A DNA stretch of 64,000 nucleotides from the human T2T-CHM13v2.0 reference genome, Homo sapiens. The stretch lies in assembly GCF_009914755.1 (NCBI RefSeq), contig NC_060929.1; one strand, given 5' to 3'. This document shows, in pieces, positions 59,803-64,000 of the stretch. The position numbers and the translations under genes are program-made. The notes beneath the pieces are model-generated. The model saw only the letters and a program-made list of their open reading frames with translations, made no database searches and was not told the DNA's origin. Within the stretch, counting starts at the first letter, position 1. Each line of letters starts with the position of its first letter.

Positions 59803-61527
59803 TGTCACGTGGAAGGCGCGCTCCTGGGGCATCAGGCAGCAGCAGCCTTACACATGTGGCACTGGTCACTAGGATGGCTCAGTGTAGCTATCATCACTAT
59901 CACAAACCCAACACAAAGCCTACATCTTCTTATTACGTAGCCCATTGTGTCCAAAACTTGGTCATTGACAGAGCACCTTCATGATTTTTGCCTTATCCTA
60001 AGCAGACCAGTACATTTTTATTTATTCAAGATTGTTCAATAAATTCTATAAATTGACTCACTTTTAAAAAGTTACCAATTTAAACAGTGACTCACTTTTC
60101 AGAGTAACCAGTGCCACACATGTAAGGCTGCTGCCTCACTTACAAGGAAGCTGTACGTCACTACCACCAATGGAAAATTGGGAAACTTGCCCTACATGAA
60201 AGTCCACGTTAAAATAAATACGTAACTATTGACATTAAAATGTCTTTGTGCCATTTGCAAACAGTTTCTAGGCCACGGTGATCAATGCACTGCGTGTTAA
60301 TAAATGTTGCATGTATATAATCTGCATATGTTACATAATATCCACACTGGCAATAAAACGGTACCATCCACAAAAACAATATTATAAAACACCTGCTTTA
60401 GTGGGAAGAGCTGGGATCAGTGACTGGGGAGTTTCACACTTGAAGCAATGAAATTATTATTCTTAAAGCAATTTCAATACCAAGAACCTTTCTACTAGCC
60501 ATAGATGTGTACCTATAAAAACTAAACTCTGAACAAATCCAGGGTTTAATTTACCTCTAGCTTTTGCTCAACAGTCGTGACTTTTGTTCACACCCTCCAC
60601 TGGCACTATCATTAACATGGTGCTTCTTACACGTCCTATCATTATCATCTGTTTTGTGATAAAGCACAAACATGCAAAGCAGATGTTGACTGCACAACAC
60701 CTCTGTTCTCCTTCAGTCATAAGCCAGTTCACGCTCATCTCCCCTGGTCGGCCAGTTCCTTATGGAGATCAAGATATAACCAAGAGTGGCGTTGGTAATA
60801 AAAATGTATTCCCTAATTAACTGGGCATGTTACATCCAATCCCGTTATGAAAATGTGCCCTGGAAGATGAATAAACATGAAAACACAGACACGAGGTTGA
60901 GAGACAGCCTAGCCACTTCCATTATTTCAGATTTCCAATACATTAAAAAATGAAGACATGTCAGAGCAGAGTTGTAAAAGTTCTGGTATATTTTTAAAAT
61001 CCAACTGGAACAATGGACAGCGTTCAGTCCTCTCTGCGTATGTGACTGGTGTGCAGCCTCATTTGGAGCCGAGCCACAGTCTGCATATGAGGTCTCGGTG
61101 AATGTGAGGTCCCAGGGGTCCTCCCCTCCCCACCCCAGGCCCAGAGATGAACCCTGCCAGGAGCTTTGCCTCCTATAAAGATCTGGGCTCGAATATTCCA
61201 TAAGACAACATTTGGCAAGAAACACAAAGTGGTCTGGGGAGTAGAAAGGCCAGAAGGTGAATCACTCCACTTTCCTTCTTGCGTCTCCTCTATCTTGTTA
61301 TTCCCACTGCAGCCACTCCTGTTATTATCCCACTTTTATAGCTTTCTCATCATCCTTGAAAAGCCACTAATTGGTAGCAAGAGGGCCAGGCTATTGTATA
61401 AGTGCCAGAAGGACTTAGGTAGACTAGAAAATCAGAATGTTAAGAAGTGGGAAAGTAGTCATAGCTTTTCTTTCTTTGCTCATGAACCTGATGACTACTT
61501 TAACTACAAGAGCTTCCGTAAAGGATT

Positions 61528-61753
61528 GCACGCATGAATGCACATGTGCACACACACATACATATGCACAGATACGCATGCACACACACACATACACACA
61601 TACATACGCACACATACATACAAGCACACACGCACATACGCACACACACGCAATACATATGCACATACACATGCACAAGCACACACATACACATACACAT
61701 GCACACACGTGCACACATGCATACACATGCAAACACATATACACACACACACA
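61528..61753. repeat. Long degenerate (CA/TA/TG)n purine-pyrimidine tract
   Basis: About 225 bp of near-continuous RY alternation. It explains the HT/CV ORFs in the track. Confidence 0.95.
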
Positions 61754-62946
61754 GTGAAGACCAGGCAAAGGACTCCATGATGTTAATATCTACAAAGTTC
61801 TCTTGCTACTTGCTGGAACAGTAAGAGTGTGTAATCGGGGAGTGTTGTGTATGAATTTATGTAAAATAGTAGAAAAATAGTGTTGATTGAAAAATAATCT
61901 ATGAGGGCTCTGTTGGTATTGCTTTGTGCTAAGACTGATGCATACTTCTGATCTTTGCCTCTGAAGGCAGAAAGTGATGAGCTAATTTGGTATTCTGGGT
62001 GAAGAATCTGGGGTCCAGTGCTACAGCCTCTTATCTACTGTTGTCAGGTCCAATTATGCCTCAGCCAAGTCCTCTCGCCCCCATCTCCTTGCCTGTCCCC
62101 AGAGCCAATCTGAGCACATCTGTTGCTCCATGCAAAGTATTTTGGCAGAAACTGCCCTCCCCTGTGCTGGGAGTCATTTGTCTTCACTGGCTTGGAACTA
62201 TTTTTGCTTATATTTAAATAATGTAGGTTGAAAATATACATATATGTCTGTATATAATAGAGACCAAAGTGAAGTTATGACACCAAACTACAGATAATAT
62301 AAGAGATTCCAACTCAAACAAATATTTAGAAGAAACTGTTTTAACCCCCCACATGCCAGATGAAGAACCCAGAAGGATTCTCAACATTTCCTTCCAGCAT
62401 TACCTTTCATTTCAGTCCTCAGCTAGAACCCTCAGGGATCATGTCTCATATCCAGCCTCTCTTGGGTGGAGTAGGCTTTCGAAATCCAATACTTAGCCTT
62501 CATTTTGAAACACACAGTAGCAAGGACTCAGTAGACCTATCTCAGGTCACAGAGATCTTACCATGAAGTAACATACTTGGGGATGCATCCTACACGGGAC
62601 GGCCCAAATGGCGAGTCAGTGCACCATGGGGTATGATATTGATGCCTTGCCTCTTGGGGCAGCTGGAACCTCTGGGACGGTTATTTCCAGCCACAAGTAT
62701 CAACAGCTTCATCAAGGTCCCTTGAGGGTGGCCAAATGGAGGAAGGTACAAAGGTGTGGCCCACGGTCCTGCAAACATGGAACCTGCTGAGCCTGATGAC
62801 ATCCACATTGTTATGCTCCATGTCAATGAGTTGAATGCAGCAGCTAAGAAGTTGCTTCACCTGTGATAGCACATGCCACTGTCCATCATGAGCAAGGGCG
62901 CAGGGTAGCTACTGAAGGAGTTTGTATTCCAGTTGCCCAAGATGCC

Positions 62947-63123
62947 AGGATCAGCTACATAAACTGCAGAGCCCGGTGAAAAAAGAAAATACAGGGCCCC
63001 TTGTTCAAAAATTATTAAGAATTTCAAGATGGTGGCATCAGAACATTAAACTAAGCATAGGGTCCTTCCAAGTGCAGGGTCCTGTGCAGCTGTCTAGGTT
63101 GCAAGTCAGTGAAGCTGGTCCTG
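62947..63123 (+). mobile_element. MER45A-like hAT MITE
   Basis: cagg...cagggccccttgttcaaaaattattaagaatttcaagatgg...tgaagctggtcctg. Confidence 0.75.
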
Positions 63124-63578
63124 CAAGAAGCACAGCGTTAGGCCAACGTGGAACCAGTGGAAGTGGAAGTTCAACAGTGCCAGGGATGGGGACAGTTCTT
63201 GGCAGGCACAGCATTGAACCTGTCATCACACATATCAGATTCTTTCAGCTGTTTGTGACTGGCGTGCCCCTTTCTGTGGTATCCAAACTGGCTGTGCATG
63301 AGTGGTCTGCACATTAAAGCATTGTCATGATTTTGAAATACTTTAAGAAAGTTCCATTCGATTTGAAAGTCATTCACATGATTGCAGGAATTTCAACACT
63401 GCTGTTGTCAATGAAAGAAAAAGAACTATTTGTTTCTTAAAATATGACTCAGATGTTGTAAAATTTGGAATGATTTCAAAAAATGTTTTACTTTTTTTCA
63501 CATGACTTACTTGTGTGAACAAAGTTTATCTTAGTGATGACTACCAAGAGCTTGAAGAGACCATTGATAAAAAGCGTT

Positions 63579-63925
<347 letters not shown>

Positions 63926-64000
63926 CTATTTTAAGCATAAAATCAGATATTATAAAGCTACATGCTAGCGCCGTGGCTCACCTCTGTAATCCCGGCACTT

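Noticed and set aside
61424-61824. His/Thr- and Cys/Val-rich ORFs
   Set aside because: Translations of a CA/TG microsatellite.

Overview
Primate genomic DNA (human or a very close great ape; dense Alu/L1PA content). It contains two complete + strand spliced genes. THG1L (tRNA-His guanylyltransferase; 6 coding exons, 26453-34493, 298 aa) and LSM11 (U7 snRNP Sm-like protein; 4 coding exons, 38758-50258, 360 aa, 3'UTR to about 55700) each start in a CpG island. The rest is mostly transposon relics. The most striking non-gene structure is a nest upstream of THG1L whose main layers are bounded by target-site duplications (TSDs). An old L1M contains an Alu, which is split by a polyadenylated, 5'-truncated ERV1 retrocopy. 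That retrocopy in turn holds a full-length L1PA6-like element and three Alus. Other notable items: an Alu in LSM11 intron 1 whose 3' end is replaced by 40 bp copied from 2.3 kb upstream; an inverted Alu pair and a perfect UAU-triloop hairpin in the LSM11 3'UTR; and a GTAAGT donor overlapping the THG1L exon 3 acceptor. Exon boundaries were checked by hand. Repeat subfamily names come from recognition of consensus sequence, not from a search, and repeat ends are approximate. I found no new protein-coding system.
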